Positions 28,355-36,894 of a DNA stretch of 39,619 nucleotides are shown one piece after another (the first letter of the stretch is position 1; every line of letters starts with the position of its first letter). The position numbers were made by a program, and so were the translations under genes. The DNA comes from a virus (Duplodnaviria > Caudoviricetes), in IMG/VR virus record IMGVR_UViG_3300048886_001068, positions 1 through 39,619 of that record; one strand, given 5' to 3'. A model generated the notes under the pieces. The model ran no database searches. It was given only the letters and a program-made list of their open reading frames with translations, and was not told the origin of the DNA.

Positions 28355-31300
28355 TCATGCTCTTCTATATTTTGATGCATTAGAAGTATACTTATCTCTA
28401 CTATAAAATGAATCATTTATTGGTTCACCTCCATACTTAGCCTCCATTTGTACTGGAAGATCATCACTTATTTCCTCATTTTCCATTACTATTTCATTAA
28501 AATACTTTTCTACTTTAGGTGTAACAATTTCTCTTTTTTTATTAAACTCATTTTTAAGTTCTTCTAACTCAGGATTAGTTCCTATTTGTTCTCTAACTTT
28601 ACTATATAACAAATCTAAAACTTTAGTTGCTCTTTTCTTTTTACTTCCTCTTTTTCTATTAGCATCTTCTAATAATGATTCATAATCAGCATATCTATGT
28701 TTTTCATCTAAATCAATTTGACTACTATTAAATAACTTATTAAATGCATCCATATCCATTGCTGCATCAATACCCCTTCTTTTAGCTTCATGACCATCTA
28801 AATTTGGATTTATTATCATATTTTTAATAAAATCGCTATCCCGTTTTTCATACCAATCATAATCACCAATTACCCTGTTTTGTTTTTTGGTTATTCTTTC
28901 TATATTATAATTTATTTGTCTTAAATTATTAAATCCTAGTTGTTGTAATTGATAAGCTGATGCACCATCTGGTAACCCAAAACCTAACTTCAACATCTTA
29001 TTAAGATGTTTTTTACCACTAAACTTTTCTTTGGTATGATCCCAAATACCAAGTCTCTTCATTTCAGCTTCATTTTCTGACCTCATAGAACTAATTTCCC
29101 AAGGTTTCATAGCCCAGGTTCCCCATGGATTCTCTTCTCTATCAAAATATTCTTCACCAAATAAATCTGTTAACCAAGCTTTATATTTTTTTCCTGGTAC
29201 AGTATGATATTTTCCTTCATATATTATATTACCTTGGTCATCTTTTATATCCTTATCATAAGTGTTGAAAGCATCTCCTGCAGGTCTAAATAATGGTGAA
29301 CTTTCTGTATTATATGAATGTCCATATTCATGAGTTGCTGTGTCTTTCCAATCATCATGAGAAATTACTTGATTATCACTCATTACCATAGGATCTCTCA
29401 CCTTAAAAAGTTGCGGAACAAAAGAATATTGTGCAAATTCTGGTAAGTTAATATCTAGATCATCTTCTCCATATTTAAAATTTTCAGTATATATTCCTTT
29501 ATAACTACCAAACTCAGCTCTACCTGTATTTTGAAATGGGTTAATATAAGGGTTTGACCTTCTACGGTAACCTTTTGGAGAATGAGAAACATATGGAAAT
29601 GTTATATGAAACGGAGCTCCAGCTGCAGTAAAATCATATTGTTCATTTATTCTAGATGTTAAGTCTTCATCTGATAAATTTTCTCCAGTTATATTAAAAT
29701 AATTTTTTTTATATCTTTCTCTAAATGTTGGTGTCTGTAGTTTAGTTAAAAGATCTCGTTGTATGCCAGATGTGTTTGTTTTAGTATATTTATCTTTAAT
29801 AAAATCATAAAGATCTTTCTGACTATACCCTTCCATATCCCTAGTATTTATATTTCCATATCTATCTTGTGTAAAATCAACATTTCCAGCTGATTTTATT
29901 TCAGTACCTTCTTGTTCCTCTGGGGGAAACCACTTGTCATAAATAGCTTTACCACCTGTATATGCTGCTTTAGCAAACTTACTTCCCATTAAAAAAGGAG
30001 TCATAGCAAACTCCCCAATACTCTGAGGAGTTACTACATTAGCAATTGTATTTCCCCAATTAGAAGCATTTGGATCGTAACTTGAGTAATGATATTTCCC
30101 TTCTCCACCTTCTTGTTTCTTAGGTATAATAGGATTTCCTAATACATCTTTTTTTATTTTTTTCTGGTTAAATAAGTTTCCATGTTTTTCAAGCCATTGT
30201 TCTATTGTTAGTCCTTCCGATACTGAACCTTTTTTCTTAGGTATAACAAGTTTATATTTTTCTTTAAGTGCATCATCTATTAAACTAATATTTTGTAATG
30301 AACCAATTGGAGTTCCTTCCACCCCTATAAATTGTGGAAAATTACCTGTCATAACATTTATTCCTTCTGATCTAAAAGCAGGAAAACTAAATTGTTTCAT
30401 GATAGGAGTAATATCTTTATTATGAAAACCTAATTCTTCTGCTTCTGCTGCATATTTCACTAATAAATTCTGATCTTCTGCTGACAGAAGAGGAAAATCA
30501 TCATAAGGAGTAGTTTCTAACAAAAATTTATCCCCTCCAAGAATTCCTGTAGCTGGAGCTCCAAATAATCCTCTTATTCCTAAGTCTTGTTTAGGATTAG
30601 TTAGATTTGGTAAAGTTAGATCATAAGGAGTATCACCTATTCTCCACATTCCTGTAGGATTATCAGTATATTTACCTATATGTTTTAAAGAAGAAGGGAT
30701 ATCATTAGCAAAATTTAAAGTTTGAAAGAATTGACCTTTTCTATATGTGTTAGTATTAGGAGGAATAGTAGTTGCCATTATCTCTAAAATATCATCATCT
30801 GACATTCCTTTAAACATCTTAGAATTCCTAATTGCATCATTTAATAATACACTTCTATATAGAGTTTCATTAGTTGTTTTAGAAGTTGGTTTTATTTTTC
30901 TTAATCTATTTAATAATTTTATTCCTGTTTCAATCACTTCTCTCCCTTTTTGTGCTTTTTCTAGTTCTCCTCCCTTTTCATTAAGATTCCAAGGTAAATT
31001 CCTCTTATTTATAAAAGTTGATCTAAGAGGTGTATCAGGCATCTCCCCTGGTGGCAGACCCTCATTATAGAAACTTGGAGTCCATACCCTATCAGTCCAC
31101 TGTAAATTACTACTTAACTTTTCCCTACTTAAATTATCAGAGGGTAACTTATCTAAAAGACCTGTTGATTTATCTATATTTAATCCCAAAGGATTTCTAC
31201 GACTACTCTTTAACCACATCTCATATGCCATAGCTTCTAAACCACTTTTAAAATTATGAGCATTTAACCATAATCTATCACTAGATCCTGATACATTCAT

Positions 31301-34300
31301 TGGATAATTTCTTCCGTATCCTTCACCAGTTCCATGTCTTCCAATATAATACTTCTCAAGATCTGTATAATATTGTGGATTTACAAATGGCTGAAACTGG
31401 GGTTGTTGATGTGCATAAATGGGATTTCTACCTGAAACATAGTCTTCAACAACACCTCCTATAGGATCATTAAGTGAAATAGTTTCATCAAATTCTCCCA
31501 GAAATAGATCATCCTTATCAAAATATGCTCCTGGATCTTTATTTGTCCTAAAATCAAAATATTTATGACTCGCATCAAAATAATTTTTTATTCTAGGATC
31601 CACGTCAAAACTATCTCCAAATACTCCTTCTTTATGTTTCTTATCAGATGCTAAACTCCAAGTCTTAGACACTCTATCATAATGTGTACTTCCAGTTAAA
31701 GGAAAAAGACCAGGAGCTACTCTATTGCGTAATGGTAAACTTTTATATAGATTAATAAGTGATCTATCATATTTTCTACCAGTATTAATCCCTTCTAGAT
31801 ACCTATCAAACATTGGCATTTGAGTTGCTTTCATATTTTTTAATAACTCAATTTGTTTTCTATAATTGTCTAAAGAAGTATTAAGACCAAAAGACTCTAC
31901 ATCTCCAAATACACCTCTCCATTTATCATGTAATGGATTTATTTTATTATCTATTCCAGTATATGCAGATTCTAATTGTTCATTTATATATTTACTATCT
32001 TTTACTGTTCTATCATATTCTTCTTTAGTTTGCCCAATAGCTTTTAATCTTTGTGATGGTTCCCATCTTTCAAAATATGGATTCCATATTTTATCACCTT
32101 TTACTCCTGAATATGGTGTATAATTATAAAAAGGTACATTAGGTTTCCAATTCTTATATTTCTTCATTAAATTTACAAGCCCCTTTCCAAATTGTGCCTT
32201 AGGTAATTCCCCTCCTTCACTAAATCCTTTATTAATTGCATCAAGCATATTCTGTCTTTCATGCATTATTTGGTTATACCTAGAATCATGAGGATTATCA
32301 TTAAGAAAAAAAGATCTGTTTACTCCACTACCTCTTACTAATGCCCCTGCATCTTTTAACAAATTCATGTATTTAGAATATCCTAATATTCTATCAATTT
32401 CTGTATTATACTTTCTTAAAGGAATGGAAGTACCCTCTACTATGTTTTCCAAATACCAATCTGATGGTCCAAAATCTCTTTCTGGCATATACATCTGACT
32501 TTGAGCATCTTCTATTCTACGAGGTCTATCAAGTTGTGAATACCAATCATTTATAAAATTATCAAATTCTGGCATAGTAAGATCTTTTCCTGATTTTTGA
32601 AATCCTTCAGAAATTAAAGTTTGCCTAAGATTAGCAAGCATATTCTGTTGTTCTGCCGGTCTGTTCCACCAACTGGAGAGTTCAAAAGGTCTATCCTGAG
32701 GGGTAACACCTTTTACATTATCCATAGGATGATAAGCTATTCCTTGTTCATTAAATGGCTCATAATATTGATTTTCTGGCTTTAATTTAAAATTTCCCCT
32801 AAAAGGTTTTCCAATTGTACGATAAAATATATCCTTCAGCTGATCCTTAAACTGTCCTCCTTTATATATTGGTTTATAGTCACTACCTAACTTAGACCAA
32901 TCACGACCTTGTTCCTTATCTTTTACAAGATGTCTTAGTTCATGTTCAGTAGTAGTTTGCAATCCATATGGATTAAGTCCTTCACTAACATTTAGACCAA
33001 TAATATTCCTTTTTTTACTAAATGGATTTTGTAAAAGATCCTCATTTACTCTTATTCCAAGATCTGTATGCTTACCACGAGTAAAAAATCCAGATTTATC
33101 GTCATCAAATTTACTATATAAATTAATATCTATATCTTTAATTTGTTCCAACTGATTAGCCAATCTAAATGCTACCGCATCTCTAGTTTCTCCAGTAGAT
33201 TCACTTATTTTTCTAATTTCATAATCACGATTTTTAGGATTACTATAATAATTTAATATAGTCCTTTTACCCTTTTCCATCTGTATTCTTCTAGGATCTG
33301 TACGTGCAAGAGTACTTAATTTCTCATTTTTAAAAACATTTTTTATTCTTTTTGGTGCTTCTTTAATAAACTCTCTCAAACCTCTTCCAAATTGAGCTTT
33401 AGGTAACTCTCCACCTTCCTCCTTTTTTCTTTGGGATTCAGGCTTACGTAATATAGACAATGATTGGGTAGGTAAACCTACTAATCCTGAAGCATCAATA
33501 TTTATTTCAATTGCTCCATCCTTATTTGGTTTAAGTGGACCCAAGTATTTCATTTTCTCTTTTTCTTTCTTGGATTGATGCTTTTTAATAAACTTTACCT
33601 GTTCATCTTTATCTAGATGGTTATAAAGTTTTGAATTCATAAAAGAAGTTCCCTTTAGGAATGGTGCATTTTCAAAATCTAAATCAGATGTTATTTGTGG
33701 AACACCTGCTGGATCAATTATCTTAAAGTCAACAATCTGTTTAGGATCTAGTATAGAAGGTTTAACCATAATATTTCCTGAATGTAAATCACCATGTATT
33801 AATCCTTTATTGTGAAGTCTTGAAACATCAATATTAAGATCCATCCACCATGTCTCATGTTTAAAATCACGTGTGCCAAATTTACGTTTATAATCAGCTA
33901 AAGACATATAATCTCTTAGATTCTCCATTTCATATGATACAAGATTACCAGAATTATCAAATATAGGATTATATGGTGTAATAACATTATCAGATACTTG
34001 AGTTGCTTCATTAAGCCATACAAATTCCTCTGCCATATCTCTATATTCATAATTACCTACAGTTGGCCATGTTCTAACATCAGCATCCTTTCTCCATACT
34101 GGATTTATATATTGATCCCACTCAAGCTTAGACATTCTAGGAAAAAGTATATCATGTTTATTCAGTACTTTTCTTGTAGACATGGGTTTAAGACTAGGTT
34201 TTTTAGAAAATAGTTTCATTAATGACTTACCAAATTGAGCTTTTGGTAACTCTCCACCTTCTTGAAAGAATCTATAATTTTGAGCATCATATGGTGGATT

Positions 34301-36331
34301 TCCTAGACTAGGTAGATCTACATCAAATTGTGTTTTTGGATTATACTGAAACTTCATTTTATTATAATTACCATGAGTTCCATAAGGTATAAGTGTTTCT
34401 GCTTCATTTCTTTGTAAATAATAATCAAGTGGATTTGTTTTCTCTCCAAATCCTTCTAGATCTTCCCAAAGGAACTTAAATTGCTCTGTATCTCTAGGAA
34501 TATTTTTAAAATTTATAAGAGCATCTGGATTAAGAACTAGTGTTTCTCTTTTATTTAGTGCACCAATACTAGTTATTGCATCATAACCTTTATTTATTAG
34601 ACTTTGTCTATCTTTTTTTGATATACCAATTATTCCTATACCTCCTTCACTTAGATCATTATGATCATAAATTTTTATTTTTGCATCAGGACGAAAATTC
34701 ATTTCATACAAACTAGCTTCAGGAACAAGTTTTAAAGGTGTATCTCCCTGACCTTTATTACCCACCCATGTTGCATAATCACGTGCCCAAAGAAACTCAT
34801 CTGTAATATAGAATCCAGCTTCAGTATTTTTATTACCCTTTTGATATTGTCCTAACAAACTAACATCTTCTATTTGAGGAGTATCAAATTGATAAGGACT
34901 ACCATGATATAATTTTGGAAACATCTCATTAAACTGTGCACCAGTAAATACAGGATATCCAGTATCTTGCATTAATCTATAAAATCTTTTATATAATCCT
35001 CTATCAACTCCTACATAACCAGTACTAACTCCAGGTCCTTCTAAAAATGGTATGGATAAATCTCCTAACTCATTTTTTATATAAGATTGTAAATCATAAG
35101 AACCTGAATAAGTACCCTCATTAGGATATAATTTTCCACTCTCAGGATTTCTAGCAAAATTACCTTTTATTTTTTGTTCTCTCCAACTTTGGATATTAGG
35201 TTTAAATACACCTTCTGCACTAGCTTGATTAAAAAGATTTGTTGCTAATAATTGTGGACTTGCACCAGGAGGAATGTTTAAACCTGTAGGATTATTACCA
35301 TATGCTGCACCTCCATAAATAGGAATATCTTTATCTGGATTTTGTCTTAACCATTCCTGATTTATATATGGATCAGTGATATTCCAAGGAAACTGTATAT
35401 CTTGATTGAAAGAACTCAAAGAAATATCTTTTGGATATTGATAAGGAGCAATATTTATATTAGGCACAAATCCTCTTTCTACATTAACATTTTCTTGAAA
35501 ATCTCCAGGTGGTTGTACATTTTTTTCAATATTAGTGATATCTTGTTTTAAAAAGGCTGTATGTGTATCAGGAGCAATCTGCATAATTTTACGTTCTGAT
35601 TGTTTTCTTAACCTTAATTCTTCTTTTGTTTTTGGAAGATTTTTTATTTCCCAATCATTCAAAAATCTTATATCACCATTTTTAAATGTAACTTTATTAT
35701 AATGTTTTTCACTATAAGGTGGTAGACCCCATTCTGCATACGGCCATTCATTCTTAGGTATAATAGACTTATCAGTTCTATGAATAGGATAATAATCCAA
35801 TACATTAGAAGAAGCAGGTAATGCTGTTAAAGGTCTATTCTGTAATTGAAGATTCTTTAACCAATCATCTGCAAGTAGTTTTTGTTGTGCTTGATATTCT
35901 TGAAAACTTATTCCAGAAACAGATGTACTTGGAGGAAGAGCATACAAAGGAGAATTCTTTCTAGTACTTCCCTTTAGATTAGTTTTCTTTACGATATCAT
36001 CTAACCGCTTTGAAAACTTACGAGCAGTTCTAGCCCCTTTTGTAAGAAGTTCTAAACCCCACTGTCCCATAGGAGTGGGATCAGATGATGGAACACCAAA
36101 ATCAATATCACTCCATCCATCAGGAGTGTCTACATCTATATCCATATTAAAATCACCAGGATTCATACTATAAGCTGTAGTATCTCCACCTGGATCAAAA
36201 GACTCTGTGCTTCCTCCTATTCTATTTTCCTTTAAGTTTCTAGAGTATGCAGGAAGCTTTGGCTGGCCTTCAGCTTTAAACTCATCTACGAGACCCATCC
36301 AGTCTATCCGTTGATTAATTTTCCTTCCCAT
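28355..36331 (-). CDS. giant polyvalent protein (ART-like, kinase and two zincin-like modules separated by EGGELPKAQxG repeats)
   Basis: 2658 aa; LYHGS...GFYIT...A..YA...GYDAI...E.LVL (ART-like); IHGDLHSGNIMV...IIDP (kinase); HELRH and HEYGH (HExxH). Confidence 0.75.
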   Translation of the reverse strand: MGRKINQRIDWMGLVDEFKAEGQPKLPAYSRNLKENRIGGSTESFDPGGDTTAYSMNPGDFNMDIDVDTPDGWSDIDFGVPSSDPTPMGQWGLELLTKGARTARKFSKRLDDIVKKTNLKGSTRKNSPLYALPPSTSVSGISFQEYQAQQKLLADDWLKNLQLQNRPLTALPASSNVLDYYPIHRTDKSIIPKNEWPYAEWGLPPYSEKHYNKVTFKNGDIRFLNDWEIKNLPKTKEELRLRKQSERKIMQIAPDTHTAFLKQDITNIEKNVQPPGDFQENVNVERGFVPNINIAPYQYPKDISLSSFNQDIQFPWNITDPYINQEWLRQNPDKDIPIYGGAAYGNNPTGLNIPPGASPQLLATNLFNQASAEGVFKPNIQSWREQKIKGNFARNPESGKLYPNEGTYSGSYDLQSYIKNELGDLSIPFLEGPGVSTGYVGVDRGLYKRFYRLMQDTGYPVFTGAQFNEMFPKLYHGSPYQFDTPQIEDVSLLGQYQKGNKNTEAGFYITDEFLWARDYATWVGNKGQGDTPLKLVPEASLYEMNFRPDAKIKIYDHNDLSEGGIGIIGISKKDRQSLINKGYDAITSIGALNKRETLVLNPDALINFKNIPRDTEQFKFLWEDLEGFGEKTNPLDYYLQRNEAETLIPYGTHGNYNKMKFQYNPKTQFDVDLPSLGNPPYDAQNYRFFQEGGELPKAQFGKSLMKLFSKKPSLKPMSTRKVLNKHDILFPRMSKLEWDQYINPVWRKDADVRTWPTVGNYEYRDMAEEFVWLNEATQVSDNVITPYNPIFDNSGNLVSYEMENLRDYMSLADYKRKFGTRDFKHETWWMDLNIDVSRLHNKGLIHGDLHSGNIMVKPSILDPKQIVDFKIIDPAGVPQITSDLDFENAPFLKGTSFMNSKLYNHLDKDEQVKFIKKHQSKKEKEKMKYLGPLKPNKDGAIEINIDASGLVGLPTQSLSILRKPESQRKKEEGGELPKAQFGRGLREFIKEAPKRIKNVFKNEKLSTLARTDPRRIQMEKGKRTILNYYSNPKNRDYEIRKISESTGETRDAVAFRLANQLEQIKDIDINLYSKFDDDKSGFFTRGKHTDLGIRVNEDLLQNPFSKKRNIIGLNVSEGLNPYGLQTTTEHELRHLVKDKEQGRDWSKLGSDYKPIYKGGQFKDQLKDIFYRTIGKPFRGNFKLKPENQYYEPFNEQGIAYHPMDNVKGVTPQDRPFELSSWWNRPAEQQNMLANLRQTLISEGFQKSGKDLTMPEFDNFINDWYSQLDRPRRIEDAQSQMYMPERDFGPSDWYLENIVEGTSIPLRKYNTEIDRILGYSKYMNLLKDAGALVRGSGVNRSFFLNDNPHDSRYNQIMHERQNMLDAINKGFSEGGELPKAQFGKGLVNLMKKYKNWKPNVPFYNYTPYSGVKGDKIWNPYFERWEPSQRLKAIGQTKEEYDRTVKDSKYINEQLESAYTGIDNKINPLHDKWRGVFGDVESFGLNTSLDNYRKQIELLKNMKATQMPMFDRYLEGINTGRKYDRSLINLYKSLPLRNRVAPGLFPLTGSTHYDRVSKTWSLASDKKHKEGVFGDSFDVDPRIKNYFDASHKYFDFRTNKDPGAYFDKDDLFLGEFDETISLNDPIGGVVEDYVSGRNPIYAHQQPQFQPFVNPQYYTDLEKYYIGRHGTGEGYGRNYPMNVSGSSDRLWLNAHNFKSGLEAMAYEMWLKSSRRNPLGLNIDKSTGLLDKLPSDNLSREKLSSNLQWTDRVWTPSFYNEGLPPGEMPDTPLRSTFINKRNLPWNLNEKGGELEKAQKGREVIETGIKLLNRLRKIKPTSKTTNETLYRSVLLNDAIRNSKMFKGMSDDDILEIMATTIPPNTNTYRKGQFFQTLNFANDIPSSLKHIGKYTDNPTGMWRIGDTPYDLTLPNLTNPKQDLGIRGLFGAPATGILGGDKFLLETTPYDDFPLLSAEDQNLLVKYAAEAEELGFHNKDITPIMKQFSFPAFRSEGINVMTGNFPQFIGVEGTPIGSLQNISLIDDALKEKYKLVIPKKKGSVSEGLTIEQWLEKHGNLFNQKKIKKDVLGNPIIPKKQEGGEGKYHYSSYDPNASNWGNTIANVVTPQSIGEFAMTPFLMGSKFAKAAYTGGKAIYDKWFPPEEQEGTEIKSAGNVDFTQDRYGNINTRDMEGYSQKDLYDFIKDKYTKTNTSGIQRDLLTKLQTPTFRERYKKNYFNITGENLSDEDLTSRINEQYDFTAAGAPFHITFPYVSHSPKGYRRRSNPYINPFQNTGRAEFGSYKGIYTENFKYGEDDLDINLPEFAQYSFVPQLFKVRDPMVMSDNQVISHDDWKDTATHEYGHSYNTESSPLFRPAGDAFNTYDKDIKDDQGNIIYEGKYHTVPGKKYKAWLTDLFGEEYFDREENPWGTWAMKPWEISSMRSENEAEMKRLGIWDHTKEKFSGKKHLNKMLKLGFGLPDGASAYQLQQLGFNNLRQINYNIERITKKQNRVIGDYDWYEKRDSDFIKNMIINPNLDGHEAKRRGIDAAMDMDAFNKLFNSSQIDLDEKHRYADYESLLEDANRKRGSKKKRATKVLDLLYSKVREQIGTNPELEELKNEFNKKREIVTPKVEKYFNEIVMENEEISDDLPVQMEAKYGGEPINDSFYSRDKYTSNASKYRRA
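30944..34261 (-). repeat. four dispersed 33-nt repeats encoding [EK]GGEL[PE]KAQ[FK]G
   Basis: Copies at 34229-34261, 33386-33418, 32186-32218 and 30944-30976. Confidence 0.95.
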
Positions 36332-36334
36332 ACA

Positions 36335-36365
36335 ACAATATACGAAAAATCCAAAACCTTTCCAA
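36335..36365 (-). promoter_or_regulatory. putative promoter TTG-N20-TATATTGT of the polyvalent protein gene
   Basis: TTG at 36365-36363, TATATTGT at 36342-36335, only 3 nt before the ATG. Confidence 0.5.
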
Positions 36366-36369
36366 GCTT

Positions 36370-36404
36370 CCCCCCACCCTTTTCCACTTCCCCCCTACAC
36401 CCCC
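36370..36404 (-). other. G-run cluster (G-quadruplex-capable) at the strand switch
   Basis: Minus strand GGGGG-TGTA-GGGGGG-AAGTGGAAAA-GGG-T-GGGGGG in an otherwise AT-rich genome. Confidence 0.55.
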
Positions 36405-36553
36405 TCAGACGGATTAAGACTTACTGATGACAAAAACAAAGATGTGTTTGGTGTTCTGATTGGGTCCTACCGTTAAGCCTCCCCCACTTAATTCTGCTTG
36501 TGGGAACCCCCCTGCAAGTTGTAAACACTAATCAGAGGGTAAATAATTTTATT

Positions 36554-36892
36554 ATGAGCACAAAAAAAGCTGTTTATTTCAAAAAGGTAACTCGTACCAG
36601 AAAGGCTGTTGTATTCTGCGTTGAGAGACCAACTGCTGCTGCTGTTAAGGCTGCTAATGCAGGAAACGCTGGAACTGCTAGTATCCAATTTGGCGGAACT
36701 GCTATTAAGGGGCGTAAAGCGTTCCACAACTTTGGCACTCAATACTTCGTGCAAATGGACTGTACCAAGTTGAACAAGTCTGATGAGCCAAAAGTAGGCA
36801 CTGAGTTCCAGATTGTAACAACTACTAAACCTGTTATCAATCAGGAAACCAAAGAAGAGTTGCCACAACTCTTTTGGGGCTATGTAGGTTAA
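36554..36892 (+). CDS. hypothetical protein, first gene of the plus-strand block (112 aa)
   Basis: ATG 36554 preceded by A/T-rich AAATAATTTTATT; codon choices (GCT, CGT, TTC, AAC) suggest high expression; basic and beta-rich. Confidence 0.75.
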   Translation: MSTKKAVYFKKVTRTRKAVVFCVERPTAAAVKAANAGNAGTASIQFGGTAIKGRKAFHNFGTQYFVQMDCTKLNKSDEPKVGTEFQIVTTTKPVINQETKEELPQLFWGYVG

Positions 36893-36894
36893 AC

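Noticed and set aside
36125-36145. DIDVD (DxDxD) in the 2658-aa protein suggesting the crAss virion RNA polymerase
   Set aside because: It lies in a low-complexity acidic N-terminal stretch with no double-psi barrel context; the rest of the protein is modular effector-like.
36424-36470. Hammerhead ribozyme (CTGATGA core)
   Set aside because: No GAAA core element follows the putative stem II.
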